Shown one piece after another: positions 38,867 through 49,552 of a stretch of 64,000 bases of DNA. The translations under genes and the position numbers were made by a program. This stretch comes from an uncultured Alphaproteobacteria bacterium (GTDB lineage: Bacteria; Pseudomonadota; Alphaproteobacteria; Rhizobiales; Hyphomicrobiaceae): NCBI GenBank assembly GCA_963756735.1, contig CAVWOY010000007.1, positions 3,520 to 67,519 of the forward strand, read 5' to 3'. A model generated the notes under the pieces. It had not been told where the DNA came from and ran no database searches. It saw only the letters and a list, made by a program, of their open reading frames with translations. Each line of letters starts with the position of its first letter. Within the stretch, counting starts at the first letter, position 1.

Positions 38867-40635
38867 TTAAGCCGGCTGGCCGCTCGCCTGAGGCTGGCCT
38901 GGTGGCGGTCGGCCGCCGCCCTCGTTGAGCACCATCAGCAGCGGGGTCAGCCCCTCGGTATCAACCAAGCGGAACACTTCGACGTCGTTGCGCGCCCTCT
39001 CGCTCCAGCCGGAGATCTGCAAGGCATGTTCCGCCTTGGAGAACAAGCCGTGATTCGCGGATCGGCCGATTGCTGTGCTCCGGCAAGCCCTCCGCTTCCA
39101 GGCCTTTCTCCTCCCGCCACTTGCGCCTGATCTCGCTGAGGTCCGTGCTGCTGGAAGCGCCTTCCTCCTCGCGCAGCGCTCTTGCCTTCCTTCTTATTCG
39201 GCCAGCGCAGGAGCTGCAGATCGGTCAGCACGCCCGCCAAGTGGTTCATGGCGAGCGCCTTGGCGGCCTCGTCGGGATTGGCACTGTCCGCCGCGTAGAG
39301 GTTTGGGATGACGAGGTAGGACGCATCGCGATGGTGAATGAAGTGCCCCTGCAGCCAGTGATGATCCACTTTGGCACGTGATAGCGCGGTCTCGATCGCG
39401 CCGGCGACTTGCCTCGCCTGATCTCTGCCAAACTCGATGGGCCGCTGCTTGGGTGGATTGACGATGGCCAGCGCCAGTAGCCCGAGGTCGATGCCGATGG
39501 TGGCGAGCAGCGCGATTAGGTCGCGCCCCGTGATGGGCTCGCCGGTGTCGGTGCGCCCTACCGCGACGTTGCCGCCGGTGAATACGTAGCGCGCTAGGCT
39601 GGCGCCGTACGCGCCCATGTTCGACCAGAGGTTCTTCACCGCGTTGGCAACGCCTGCGGGGCCTTCGTTGAACACTGCTTCCCGCAGTTTCAGCTCGGCC
39701 GGCTGCTCGGATTGGGCAGCTGCCAGCAACAGGCGTTCCGCTAGCGTTGGGTCATAGCAGGAGAAGCCGGACCGTCCGGGCGCCACGTTCACGGCGTTGG
39801 CGAGCGCGCGCATTTCCGCGCCCGTCGACTTGCCTAGCTGATTGCTGCGCGCGGCGATGTTGCGGGCGCGGCCGCGGATATCGGAGGCCCTCGTCTCGAA
39901 GTTGCGCTGGCGTTCCTCGACGGTGGCGCCGCCGAGGCCCTCGGCTGCCTTCTTGAGCTGCTCCACGTCGACCTTCACCGGCTCGAGCCACGCGCGGGTC
40001 ATGCCTTCGCGCAGGGTGGTGATGGAGTCGCGCACGCTACGGCGCGCATTGTAGAGCGGGCCGCGGCCGGCGCCCGAAGGCTGGCCGCAACTGCTGCCAC
40101 TCGTCTCCTCGCGCGACATCTGGCTTTCCGACCAGGTCACGACGCTGTCGAGCTGGGCCTTGACCGCATCGAGCCGTGCCGCGATCACGGCGCTGGCGTC
40201 GCGAGCGTCCTCTTGCAGGCCGGCGAGACCGCTGCGGGTCGCCTCCTCACCGGCAATCAGGCTCCACCAGAAGCCGTAGCCGAAGCCGATCGACCAAATG
40301 GCGAGGAACACATAGAGCGGGAAGGTGATGAGCCGCTCGCGCAGGTGGCGGCCCGCGCCGAAGGTCTCGCGCAGCATCAGCCACATCAGGAAGGTGAGGG
40401 CCACCACGACCGCGATCACGAGCAGGTCGGTCGAGAACGACATGCCGCCCGGCAGGACCTGGCCTTGGCTGGTGGTGGTCGACGACACGCCGATGATGAA
40501 GTCTCGCATGCCATGCCAGGTAGCATAGCCGGCGATGATCAGCAGCATGAACGAGGCGACGCCGATCAGCGTGTTGCGCCCCAGGATGTAGTCGACGGTT
40601 TTTGCGAAAAGCGAAGGCGCGCGCGTCTCGGCCAT
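38867..40635 (-). CDS. Large hypothetical membrane protein (4 N-terminal TM helices, coiled-coil region, 5th TM helix, C-terminal soluble domain); ~2 frame breaks at 39000-39200
   Basis: Start ATG 40635 (MAETRAPSLF). ORF 38947..40650 reads cleanly up to ..LLRWPNKKEGKS. The true C-terminus is recoverable in other frames (..FSKAEHALQISGWSERARNDVEVFRLVDTEGLTPLLMVLNEGG, stop 38867). Confidence 0.55.
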
Positions 40636-40809
40636 TGCCCAACTCCCCAACCGTGGCCCGCTTGGCTGGGGGATAGCGGAAAATGGTGGCGCTGTCGCGA
40701 TGCCGGGCTCGCCCTTGGGGTCACGGCACGCCGGGTGTTGCTGCGCTGCGCCGCTATTTGTGCGGTTGCGGGAGAGCCGAGCCGGCTCCCTCGATCAGCG
40801 TGGCGACCG

Positions 40810-41184
40810 CTACTCGCGCACGTCGGTGCGGAAGGTCTTCGACACCACCTTCCAGCCGCTGTTGAGCTTGAGCAGCGTCAGATAGTCGGTGAAGTAGCGC
40901 GGGTGGATCGAGCACTCGAGCTTCACGAACGCGGTCTCGGGCCCGGAGAAGTCGATCGACACGATGCGGTCGGTGCGTGAGAGGCCCTTGGTCTTGGGCG
41001 AGGGGCGGCCCTTGACCATCTCGAACCACTTGGCGCGCGGCAAATCGGCCACCCCGCCGTCGCTCAGCGAGTAGAGGTGGCTCACCTCGTGAAAGGCCTG
41101 CCCCAGCTTTTCCGTGTCGCCCTCGTAGAGCCCGTCGAGGTAGGTCCGCACCACCTTCTCGACCGCTTCGACTTCACCGGCCAT
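40810..41184 (-). CDS. NTF2-like (SnoaL / putative lumazine-binding) family protein
   Basis: MAGEVEAVEKVVRTYLDGLYEGDTEKLGQAFH...WKVVSKTF, the typical NTF2-fold pattern. Confidence 0.6.
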   Translation of the reverse strand: MAGEVEAVEKVVRTYLDGLYEGDTEKLGQAFHEVSHLYSLSDGGVADLPRAKWFEMVKGRPSPKTKGLSRTDRIVSIDFSGPETAFVKLECSIHPRYFTDYLTLLKLNSGWKVVSKTFRTDVRE

Positions 41185-41263
41185 GGCTTTCCTCCGCGTG
41201 TTGTTCACAGCCCACTATAGCAGCAGCGTCGGTGCGGTGCCCAATGTGTCGATCTGACCTGGT

Positions 41264-42187
41264 TCACCTCGGACTGCGCGCCGGCGACAGGGCGCCGAGC
41301 GCGATGCCGGCGATCACAAGGGCGGCGCCGGCGAGCTTCCAGCCGCCGATCGCCTCGCCCAGGTAGAGCGCCGACATGGCAAGCGCGGCGAGCGGGATGG
41401 CCGCGGTGGCAAGCCCAGCGAGCCAGGTCTCGACATAGGGCAGGCCGCGGTACCACAGCCACAGGCAGATGACGCTGGCGGCCAGCGTGTACCACAGCCC
41501 GAGCAGCCACATGCCGGGTGCCACCGACCTGGGATCGAAGCCCGGCAGCTCCAGCAGCGCGAGCGGAATGGACAGCGCGAGCCCGACGAGGTTGGCGCCG
41601 AGCGCCAGACGCAGGGGCCGGTACGGCGGGGCCAGCCGCTTGCCCAGCACCACGAAGCTCGCCTCGCACAAAACCGCGCCGCCGACCAGCAGGTTGCCGA
41701 CCAGCGACGACGGTCCCGAACCTGCGTCTGCGGCCTGGACCAGCAAGAGCCCGGCGACCGCCAGCGCAACAGCCAGCGCCTGGGCTCGCGAAAGCCGGTC
41801 GCCGGCAAGCGCCACGCCCAGCACCGCGACCACGGCAGGCAAGGTGGCGGTGATGATGCCGGCATCGGCAGCGCCCGTGCGCTTCAGTCCTTCGAACATC
41901 AGCACCGTGAAGCCCACCATGCCGAGCAGCGACATGAGGGAAAGATCGCGCCACTGGCCGGCGCTCATGTCGGCGAGCTTGGGTCCGGGCTCCGCGGCGG
42001 CCAGAGGTGCAAGCGCCGCGCACGCGACGATGAAGCGGAACAGCACGAACAGGTAGATGGGCACCGCGGCCACGATCTCCTTGCCGAACGCCACGTTGGC
42101 GCCGGTGAGCGTCATCGCTGCCAGGAGCGACAGGGCGGCTGCGAAGCGGGAGATGGGTGACATATGGCTGTCATGCCTTTGCCCCAA
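41264..42187 (-). CDS. DMT-superfamily (EamA) transporter
   Basis: Intact, about 10 TM helices, two EamA-type halves. The start may be 42163. Confidence 0.8.
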   Translation of the reverse strand: MGQRHDSHMSPISRFAAALSLLAAMTLTGANVAFGKEIVAAVPIYLFVLFRFIVACAALAPLAAAEPGPKLADMSAGQWRDLSLMSLLGMVGFTVLMFEGLKRTGAADAGIITATLPAVVAVLGVALAGDRLSRAQALAVALAVAGLLLVQAADAGSGPSSLVGNLLVGGAVLCEASFVVLGKRLAPPYRPLRLALGANLVGLALSIPLALLELPGFDPRSVAPGMWLLGLWYTLAASVICLWLWYRGLPYVETWLAGLATAAIPLAALAMSALYLGEAIGGWKLAGAALVIAGIALGALSPARSPR

Positions 42188-42238
42188 CTGGCTGGCAAGG
42201 ACGCGCGCAGACTTGGAGGCCAGCCAGGGGGGCGTGCC

Positions 42239-43747
42239 ATGGCCAGATGTGCCGACCGCAGCTGTTGCAGTTCGGCGTACGCGGCTGCCGCGGTGCTGCT
42301 CTACGCCGTTGTTTGGTTTGCCACCAACGGCTTCTCGCGTTGGGCCCGCATCGCCGTTCGGCTGTTGGCGCTGCTGGGCATCGTGGCCGGCGCCCTCTAC
42401 TTTTCACTGCCTTTGCAGCGCGAGATGGCCGGCGCACCGCTGCGCCGCGAAATGGCGGAGCCGCGGCGTGTGCAAACCATACCGATTGGCCCGTTGACGG
42501 AAACGCCCAAGGCCAACGAGGACCGCGCGCAGCCGGCGCCGAGGGCAGCCGAAGTACCGCCACCGGTTGCCACTGCGCCTCCACCGACGGCTCAGCCCGC
42601 TCCCATGGCGCCCCGCGGTCCGGCAGCGCCGGAGCCGAAGGCCGCCGAGAGGCCCGCCGATGACTTGAGCGCCAAGGGCGGCCCGGCGCCCGGCGTGCCA
42701 GCCGCGCCGGAGGGCGACTGGGACGTGGTGCCGGTGTTCTACGGCACCGACCGCGCGCGCAAGGACGATCCCAAGGGCGGCTTCGTCTACAACTCGGAGC
42801 GGGCGCGGCGGCTGGAGCTTGGCCGCGCGCTCGTCACCGTTCCCAAAGTGCACCAGGTGCCGAAGATCGAGCGGCCGTTCGCGCTTCGCGTGCCCTATTT
42901 CCAGGTCACCATCTACGAGCAGGCCGAGGACCCCAAGCTGCATTTCACCATCCGCGAGCTGAAGGCGCTGTCGGAGGCCGAGTTCCTGGCGCTGGCGCGC
43001 GAGCGCGTGGGCGGCAGCAGCGCCTTCAAGGACCAGGCGGTGGTGTTCGTGCACGGCTACAACACCGGCTTCGACTTCGCGCTCTACCGCACCGCGCAGA
43101 TGGCCTACGACCTGAAGTTCGACGGCGCGGCGTTCCTGTACAGCTGGCCCTCGGGCGGCGGCGTGACGGGCTACGGCTACGACCGGGAAAGCGCCACGCA
43201 GGCCGAGCCGCACCTGAAGGAGTTTCTGGGGCTGGTGCTGAAGGAGACGGGTGCCAAGAGCGTCAGCGTCATCGCCCACAGCATGGGCAACCTGCCGCTG
43301 CTCAACGTGCTGCGCGAGCTCGGGCCTACGCTGCCGCCCGATGTGCGCCTCAACGAGATCATCATGGCCGCCCCCGACGTCGACCGCGACGTGTTCCAGT
43401 ATCTGGCCGCCAACATCAAGGCGTACGGGCGCGGGGTGACGCTCTACTGCTCGGCCAACGACCGAGCGATGGCGGCCTCGCGCCGGGTGGCGGGCGGAGT
43501 GCCGCGCGCCGGCGACGTGCCGGCCGAGGGACCCATCGTGCTCGACGGCATCGACACCATCGACGTGACGCAGGCGAGCACCGACGTGCTGGCCCTCAAC
43601 CACTCCACCTACGCGGAAAGGAGCGCGCTGCTCAACGACATCGGCTTGCTGTTGCGCACCGGCGAACGGCCGCCGGAGCTGCGCATCCCGATCCTGCAGA
43701 AGGTGGGGACGCCTGCGGGCTTCTTCTGGCGCTATCCGGGGCCCTGA
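42239..43747 (+). CDS. Membrane-anchored alpha/beta hydrolase of the DUF900 family
   Basis: VPVFYGTDR.., VVFVHGYNTGFDFALYRTAQMAYDL, FLYSWPSGG, nucleophile elbow AHSMGN, AAPDVD. I prefer ATG 42239 to 42164, which would overlap the divergent DMT gene. Confidence 0.75.
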   Translation: MARCADRSCCSSAYAAAAVLLYAVVWFATNGFSRWARIAVRLLALLGIVAGALYFSLPLQREMAGAPLRREMAEPRRVQTIPIGPLTETPKANEDRAQPAPRAAEVPPPVATAPPPTAQPAPMAPRGPAAPEPKAAERPADDLSAKGGPAPGVPAAPEGDWDVVPVFYGTDRARKDDPKGGFVYNSERARRLELGRALVTVPKVHQVPKIERPFALRVPYFQVTIYEQAEDPKLHFTIRELKALSEAEFLALARERVGGSSAFKDQAVVFVHGYNTGFDFALYRTAQMAYDLKFDGAAFLYSWPSGGGVTGYGYDRESATQAEPHLKEFLGLVLKETGAKSVSVIAHSMGNLPLLNVLRELGPTLPPDVRLNEIIMAAPDVDRDVFQYLAANIKAYGRGVTLYCSANDRAMAASRRVAGGVPRAGDVPAEGPIVLDGIDTIDVTQASTDVLALNHSTYAERSALLNDIGLLLRTGERPPELRIPILQKVGTPAGFFWRYPGP

Positions 43748-43763
43748 CGCCGGGGCTTGCGGC

Positions 43764-44012
43764 TCACTCTCGCGACCCTCGTGGCGGCGTGGTGATGGCC
43801 CTCACGCAGCGCTGAATGATCGGCGCGGCGAAGATCACGACCGGCATCATGGTGAGCCAGGCGACGGCCCACGCCATGGCCCACTGCGCCACGAACTGCG
43901 CGCCGAACGCCTGCGACTGGTGCACGCCGACCGCGGCTGCGACGCCGGTCGTGAGGGTGACCTGCAGGACGGAAAATGCGAAGGGCGCATACCGGCTTGG
44001 GAGCCGTGCCAT
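43764..44012 (-). CDS. DUF2798-like small membrane protein
   Basis: MARLPSRYAPFAFSVLQVTLTTGVAAAV...WLTMMPVVIFAAPIIQR. Confidence 0.6.
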   Translation of the reverse strand: MARLPSRYAPFAFSVLQVTLTTGVAAAVGVHQSQAFGAQFVAQWAMAWAVAWLTMMPVVIFAAPIIQRCVRAITTPPRGSRE

Positions 44013-44166
44013 GGCGTGCTCGCTGTGACGATTGCCAAGCAGGTTCGAGCGCGCCGGAAGCGGGTGTTGGAATTACCCAACGCTAGGCAATGTGCCCAGA
44101 TTCCGGGCACGGGCGGACCTATTGTTCTTGTTGGCGAGGTGGCGAGCGGGTAGGCCTGTGCCCCGC

Positions 44167-45106
44167 ATGCGAAGGCTCCTCGGCACGTTCCTCGCCAATC
44201 CCCTGTTCGAGTGGTACCGGCGCACTTCGCCGCTGCTGCGCGGCTGCCTGCTGATGGTGGCGAGCACGCTGCTGTTTGCCGCCATGCACACCGCCATCCG
44301 GCACGCCACCCAGCACCTGTCGGGCTTCGAGGTCGCCTTCTTCCGCAATCTGTTCGGCCTGATGGTGATCGTGCCGCTGCTGGTGCGCTACGGGCCGGGG
44401 CTGTTTCACACGCAGAGGCTTTCGCTGCACCTGTGGCGGGCGTTGATCAACGCGGTGTCGATGGTGTGCTTCTTCGTCGGCCTGTCGATGACGCCGATCG
44501 CGCGGGCGACCGCGCTGGCCTTCACGGCGCCGCTGTTCACGGCGCTGTTCAGCGCATTGTTCCTGGGCGAGGTGTTCCGCTGGCGGCGCTGGACGGCGAT
44601 CTTCGTCGGCTTCCTCGGCGCCCTCGTGATCCTGCGGCCGGGCCTCACCGCGGTCGATACCGGGGCGCTGCTGATCCTGCTCTCCTCCGTGCTGTGGAGC
44701 ATCGCCATGATCGACATCAAGGTGCTGGGGCGCACGGAATTCGAGCCGCACCATTGCCGCCTACGTCACCGTGCTGCTGACGCCGCTGACGCTGGTGCCG
44801 GCGCTGTTCGTGTGGCAGATGCCCTCGCCCGGGCTGTGGGGCTGGCTGATCTTCATCGGCGTGATCGGCACCATCGGCCAGTTCATCATCACCGAGGCGA
44901 TCAAGCTCGCCGACATGACGGTGCTCATGCCGTTCGACTTCCTGAAGCTGGTGTGGGCGGCGTTCCTCGGCATGATCTTCTTCGCCGAGGTGCCGGATAT
45001 CCTCACCTGGATCGGCGCGGCGATCGTGTTCGCAAGCTCGTTCTATATCGTGTGGCGCGAGGCCACGCTGCGCCGCAAGGGGAAGGCGGGGCAGGGCTCA
45101 AGCTAA
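44167..45106 (+). CDS. DMT-superfamily (EamA) transporter; frame break at TT 44740-44741
   Basis: ATG 44167 (MRRLLGTF). ORF 44032..45252 joins ORF 44771..45106 if one T is removed (..GRTESSRTIAAYVTVLLTPLTLVP..). Confidence 0.8.
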
Positions 45107-45263
45107 TCGTCTTCGACCTCGTACGCGGATGCAGCGCGCACATTTGGATCGCGTATTCGATCGCTAGCGATACATTGCGAGCGCCGCTCGGGCTGCGCTT
45201 TTGGATGTTGCTGAGGATGCTGTCTATGTCGCGCAGCGCACGGCGCGCGTAAACGAGCTTCAT
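45103..45263 (-). pseudogene. ParE/RelE-family toxin relic (~52 codons instead of ~95, with a frame change)
   Basis: MKLVYARRALRDIDSILSNIQKRSPSGARNVSLAIEYAIQMCALHP, then in another frame ..SAYEVEDD stop. The conserved C-terminal strands are missing. Confidence 0.6.
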
Positions 45264-45487
45264 GCACGATACTTGTCGAAGACCGCCCGCACCTCGGCCT
45301 CCGTTGCGATGTCGCCCCGCTCAAGCTCGGCCAAGCCCTCGCGCACCAGACGGCGCTCGTTCTCGCTCAGCTGGTAGACGTCGTCGCTGCCGCTGGCGAT
45401 CGGCTCGAGCAGCTCCGCGGCATGTTCCTGACGCTCCGCGGAAAGCGCCTTCACCTTTTCGATTGCCTGTTCCAGTGCTTTGATCAT
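45260..45487 (-). CDS. Type II antitoxin-like protein (intact) overlapping the toxin relic by ATGA
   Basis: MIKALEQAIEKVKALSAERQEHAAELLE...ERGDIATEAEVRAVFDKYRA. 4-nt overlap with the downstream ParE-like ORF. Confidence 0.6.
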   Translation of the reverse strand: MIKALEQAIEKVKALSAERQEHAAELLEPIASGSDDVYQLSENERRLVREGLAELERGDIATEAEVRAVFDKYRA

Positions 45488-45522
45488 GCGTCAATCTACC
45501 ATGGGCTGACCGTTGGGCAACC

Positions 45523-45884
45523 CTAACGCGGATCGAGCAGCAGATCGTCACCAGCTGGGAAAATGTGCCGCCCGGCGCTATCGAGCGGCAGGGGCTCGAC
45601 CCACAGGGCGGCGCTCACGGGCAGGGCGGCGTAGAGATGCGGGAACAGCGCGCCGTCGCGGGAAGGCTCCCATTTCAATGCTGCGCCGAGCGCATCCGCA
45701 TCGACGGCGACGAGCAGCAGATCGTCTTGCTCCGCGAAGTGCTTTGCCGCCGTTGCCGCGACCTGCTCTGCCGCCGAGAAGTGGATGAAGCCATCTGCGT
45801 AGATCGGCCGCAGAGCCGCGGTAGACGCCGGCCCGCACTGCCGCGCTTCCATTCCGCTTCCGGGCAGATCTTGTAGACGATCAT
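45523..45884 (-). CDS. DUF952 family protein; about 3 frame changes within ~60 nt (45790-45850)
   Basis: MIVYKICPEAEWK / AGVYRGSAADL / ADGFIHFSAAEQV..ALFPHLYAALP, recovered from three overlapping ORFs (45675, 45578, 45523). Confidence 0.65.
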
Positions 45885-46082
45885 CATCGTGATTGTCTCT
45901 GTCTGAGCCGCCTTCAGTCGTTGCGCAGGTGTGCCTGCCCTACCACGAACACCGGCGCTGCCAAAAACGTCGATGCAACTCCCCGGTCCGCGATGTGAGA
46001 CCTTATCGGTTCTGACTGTTGGCTTTCACGTTCGGGGCCCATAGTCTCTTGCTCGGCGGGTTTGGCGGGCGAGGGACTGGGT

Positions 46083-47189
46083 ATGCTGATCACGGACGTC
46101 CGGGCACACCACATCCGCATCCCCTACGACGCCGGGGTGGCGAGCTTCAAGCAGGGCGCATCGGCCATTGCCGCGCTCGACATGGTTCTGGTCGAGGTCT
46201 CGACCGACGCCGGTATCACGGGCTGGGGTGATGCCTTCAGCTATGTGTGCCCGCGTTCCAGCGCGACGGCTGTCGCAGAAATGATTGCGCCGCAGGCGCG
46301 CGGGCAAGAGGTGCCCGACGCCGCCGGTATCCCGGACTTCATGGAGCGCATCCAGCGCAACCTTCACCTGTTCGGGCGCTACGGCATCACCATGTTTGCG
46401 ATCTCCGGCCTCGATATCGCGCTGTGGGACCTGGTCGCACGGGCGCAGGGCAAGCCGCTGCACCGCCTGCTCGGCGCACAAAAGCGTGCCAGCATCCCAG
46501 CCTATGCAAGCCTGTTGCGTATCGGCGATCCCGCACTGGTTGCGAGCGAATGTGAAGCCGCACTGAAGCGCGGCTACCCCGCCATCAAGCTGCACGAGAC
46601 GACGGTTCCTGCCGTTATGGCTGCCCGGCATGCCATCGGCACCGGCGTGCCGCTGATGGTCGACATGAACTGTCCCATGGACGGTGCTGCCGCGATCGCC
46701 TTTGCGCACGCCTGCCGCGAGGCTGCTCCGAAGTTCCTGGAGGAGCCGGTGTGGCCGCCGGAGGATTTCGCCACCCTGGCGAAGGTGCGCACCGAGGGTG
46801 GCTTGGACATCGCGGCCGGCGAGAACGCCTGTACGGTGCACCAGTTCCGGCAGATGCTGACGGCGGGTGCCGTGAGCCACGCCCAGCCCTCGGTCACCAA
46901 AGTCGGCGGCATCACCGAGTACCTGAAGGTCGCTACGCTGGCCGACACGATAGGCGTGAAGCTGGCGCCGCACTCGCCCTACTTCGGGCCAGGCTTGCTG
47001 GCGACCTTGCAACTGATGTCGCTGCGCGACGACGGCTCGTTCGTCGAGGTGTTCTACATGAATCGCGAGGCCTGCCTCTGGCGCGGCGGCATCGACGTCG
47101 ATGCGAACGGCGCGGTCGCCGTGCGCGATGGACCGGGCCTCGGCTACGAGCCGGACAGGGCGGTGGTGGAGCGCTACCGCGTGTCCTGA
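46083..47189 (+). CDS. Enolase-superfamily enzyme (mandelate racemase / muconate lactonising family)
   Basis: Intact. Metal ligands occur in MVDMN, FLEEP and AAGEN. KLH general-base region. Confidence 0.85.
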   Translation: MLITDVRAHHIRIPYDAGVASFKQGASAIAALDMVLVEVSTDAGITGWGDAFSYVCPRSSATAVAEMIAPQARGQEVPDAAGIPDFMERIQRNLHLFGRYGITMFAISGLDIALWDLVARAQGKPLHRLLGAQKRASIPAYASLLRIGDPALVASECEAALKRGYPAIKLHETTVPAVMAARHAIGTGVPLMVDMNCPMDGAAAIAFAHACREAAPKFLEEPVWPPEDFATLAKVRTEGGLDIAAGENACTVHQFRQMLTAGAVSHAQPSVTKVGGITEYLKVATLADTIGVKLAPHSPYFGPGLLATLQLMSLRDDGSFVEVFYMNREACLWRGGIDVDANGAVAVRDGPGLGYEPDRAVVERYRVS

Positions 47190-47192
47190 CGC

Positions 47193-48808
47193 CTAGCCGC
47201 GCCGCTTCTTCGCCCTGAGATCGATGATGCCGGCGCGGTTGCGAGGGTCCTCGCCAGGGGTGAAGATCTGGGTCTTCTGCACCTTCTGCGTGCCCGTGGT
47301 CGGCAGCTTGTCGAGGAACAGCACCCAGCCCGGCGCCTTGAAGTAGGCGAGCTTAGCGTTGCACTGCTCGAACAGCGCCTGCGCCAGCGCCGCGTCGCCC
47401 TTGATGCCCGGCATCGGCACGACGCAGGCCAGCACCTCCTCCTCGCGCAGCTCGTCGGGCGCGGCCAGCACGGCCACCTGCGCCACCGCGTCGTGCGCCT
47501 GCAGCACCGCCTCGATCTCGGCGGCGGCGATGTTCTCGCCGGCTCTGCGAATGATGTGCTTCTTGCGGTCGACGAAGAACAGCATGCCGGAGGCGTCCTG
47601 GCGCACGACGTCGCCGGTGTGGAACCATCCGCCCCGCCAGGCTTCCTCGGTCGCCTTCTCGTTCTTGAGGTAGCCCGAGAAGAAGCCGTGGCGCGGCTTC
47701 TCCGCCGAGTGGCGCACGAGGAGCTCGCCTGGCGTGCCGGCGGGCACGTCGTTGTCGTCGTCGTCCACCACGCGCGCCTCGAAGCCCGGGAACGGCCGCC
47801 CGAAGGCGCGCGTGCCGACCATGCGCGGCTCGTGCGCGTCGCCGGTCACGCGTCCGGTCTCCGTCATGCCCCACAGCTCCATCATGGGAAAGCCGAAGCG
47901 CTCCTCGAAGGGCTTGTGCAGCTGCGGCTCGATGCCGGCGCCGAGGCCGAGGCGCACCTTGTGGTTGCGGTCGGCGGGGCCGGGCGGCTGGTTCAGCAGC
48001 ATGGGCGCGACGATGCCGAGGTAGTGGATGACGGTGGCGCCATGCGTGGAGACCTCGTGCCACCAGCGTGTCGGCGAGAAGCGCTCGGGCAGGATCAGCG
48101 TGTTGGCGGTCTGGATGGCCGCCGTCGACATGATGTTGAGGTGGTTGATGTGGAACAGCGGCAGCGGATTGTAGAACCGTTCCTGGCCGTTGCCGGATGT
48201 CCATCAATCCGCCGTGGCTCCAGATAGGTCTTGCCTGCATTCAGCGTGTAGAAGTTCGAATGCAGGCAGCCCTTGGGCCGGCCCGTGGTGCCCGAGGTGT
48301 AGAGCAGCGAGCACTCGGTCTCGAGGCCGGGCGGGCCGGGGCGCGGTGCTGGGCCCGAGGGCCGGGGCAGCTCGGCCGGCATGGCGTGCGCGTCCACCAC
48401 CGGCAGCGGCCTGGCGCGCTGGCTGGCGGCTTTGGCGACATCGGCGACGCGGTGCGGCAGCACCACGGCAAGCTCGGCGTCGCTGTGCTCCACGACATAT
48501 GCGATCTCGTCGTGGCGGTAGTCCGGGTTGATCGGCACGATGCCGCAGCCGAGCCCGTTGAGCGCCAGGTAGTGCAGGAGGAATTCGGGGCGGTTCTCCA
48601 GCAGGATGGCGACGCGGTGGCCGTGGCCATAGCCTGCCGCCGCGTAGGAAGCGCGCAACCGCTCGACCTCGGCCAGCGCGGCGCCATAGCTCACCTCGAT
48701 GCCGTCGGGTGACCAGTCGCGGTCGGCGCGCGCCGGCACGATCAGGAACGGGTGGGCGGCATTGGCGCGGGCGGTGTCGGCAAAGGTTTCCGCAACTGTG
48801 CTCGGCAT
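47193..48808 (-). CDS. AMP-dependent acyl-CoA synthetase/ligase; 1-2 frame breaks near 48170-48200
   Basis: LLYTSGTTGRPKG P-loop in ORF 48095..48898. ERFYNPLPLFH, WFHTGD and DRKKHIIRRAGENI in ORF 47193..48131. Confidence 0.85.
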
Positions 48809-49106
48809 GGGCGATGGTTTCCTCCGGCAGGGCGCTTTGGAGTGGCCCTTCCGCGCCGACGCTAGCCCAAGGCGCGCATCGGCGCGAGCGCCCAGCATTT
48901 ATGCGCCGCCTATGAACTAGCCGCGCCGGCCGGCTCGAATCTTTATGCATTTCTCTGCATCTCCATGGCATGCCGGATCGCGATGACATCGACAGGGCGT
49001 ATCACTATCCCAGTTCCGTTCTCGGTCGGGAGTTGGCTGGTGCCGGGGTTCTGGCTGGCGGTGGTGGTGGTGGCGCTGCTGCTCCTGCTGGCGGGCGAGG
49101 TAGGTT

Positions 49107-49150
49107 GCCCTCACCCCGTCTCCCCGCAAGAGGGAGGGGGCAGCCCTACC
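49107..49150. repeat. REP-like hairpin of the CCCC(T/G)TCTCCCC type
   Basis: gccctcaccccgtctccccgcaagagggagggggcagccctacc. Related to 22786-22830. Confidence 0.7.
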
Positions 49151-49552
49151 CGCGGCCAGCAGTGCGGAGTAGAGATAGTGCATCGTCTTGCCCGAGCCGA
49201 TGTGGATCTCTCTACCGTCGAGATCCACGACCACGCCAAGGGCGCCTTCCGGGTCACCCCAGTCGCCACTGAACCAAACACCCTTGATGGCGCGCCCGGT
49301 ATGACGCCAGTACGGAATGAAGAAGCATTTCCTGACAATTACGACTCGAGATGGTCCGACGACGATCGAGGCCCGCAGGCCCCCGATGATGGCCAGCATC
49401 GCTACGACAGAGGCGGCCACGCCCACCAGCCCGCCATCGCGCCAGGCAGCTGCAGGCAGCCATAGTATGGGGGTTTGTAGGATGACTATCCACGCCGTGA
49501 ACTGAGCCATCGAGTTCCGCCCACTGAACTTGAATCTGGCTGCGTCGTTCAT
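49150..49552 (-). CDS. Hypothetical 2-TM protein; the natural stop is unclear because the ORF reads into a REP element
   Basis: MNDAARFKFSGRNSMAQFTAWIVILQTPILWLPAAAW..LVGVAASVVAMLAIIGGL. The rest of ORF 48917..49684 looks non-coding. Confidence 0.35.

Noticed and set aside
48965-49465. Plus-strand ORF starting with a plausible TM peptide (MTSTGRITIPVPFSVGSWLVPGFWLAVVVVALLLLLAGE).
   Set aside because: It runs straight into the REP at 49107-49150 and then antisense through the opposite-strand hypothetical gene. The rest is non-coding-like, so it is too weak to call.
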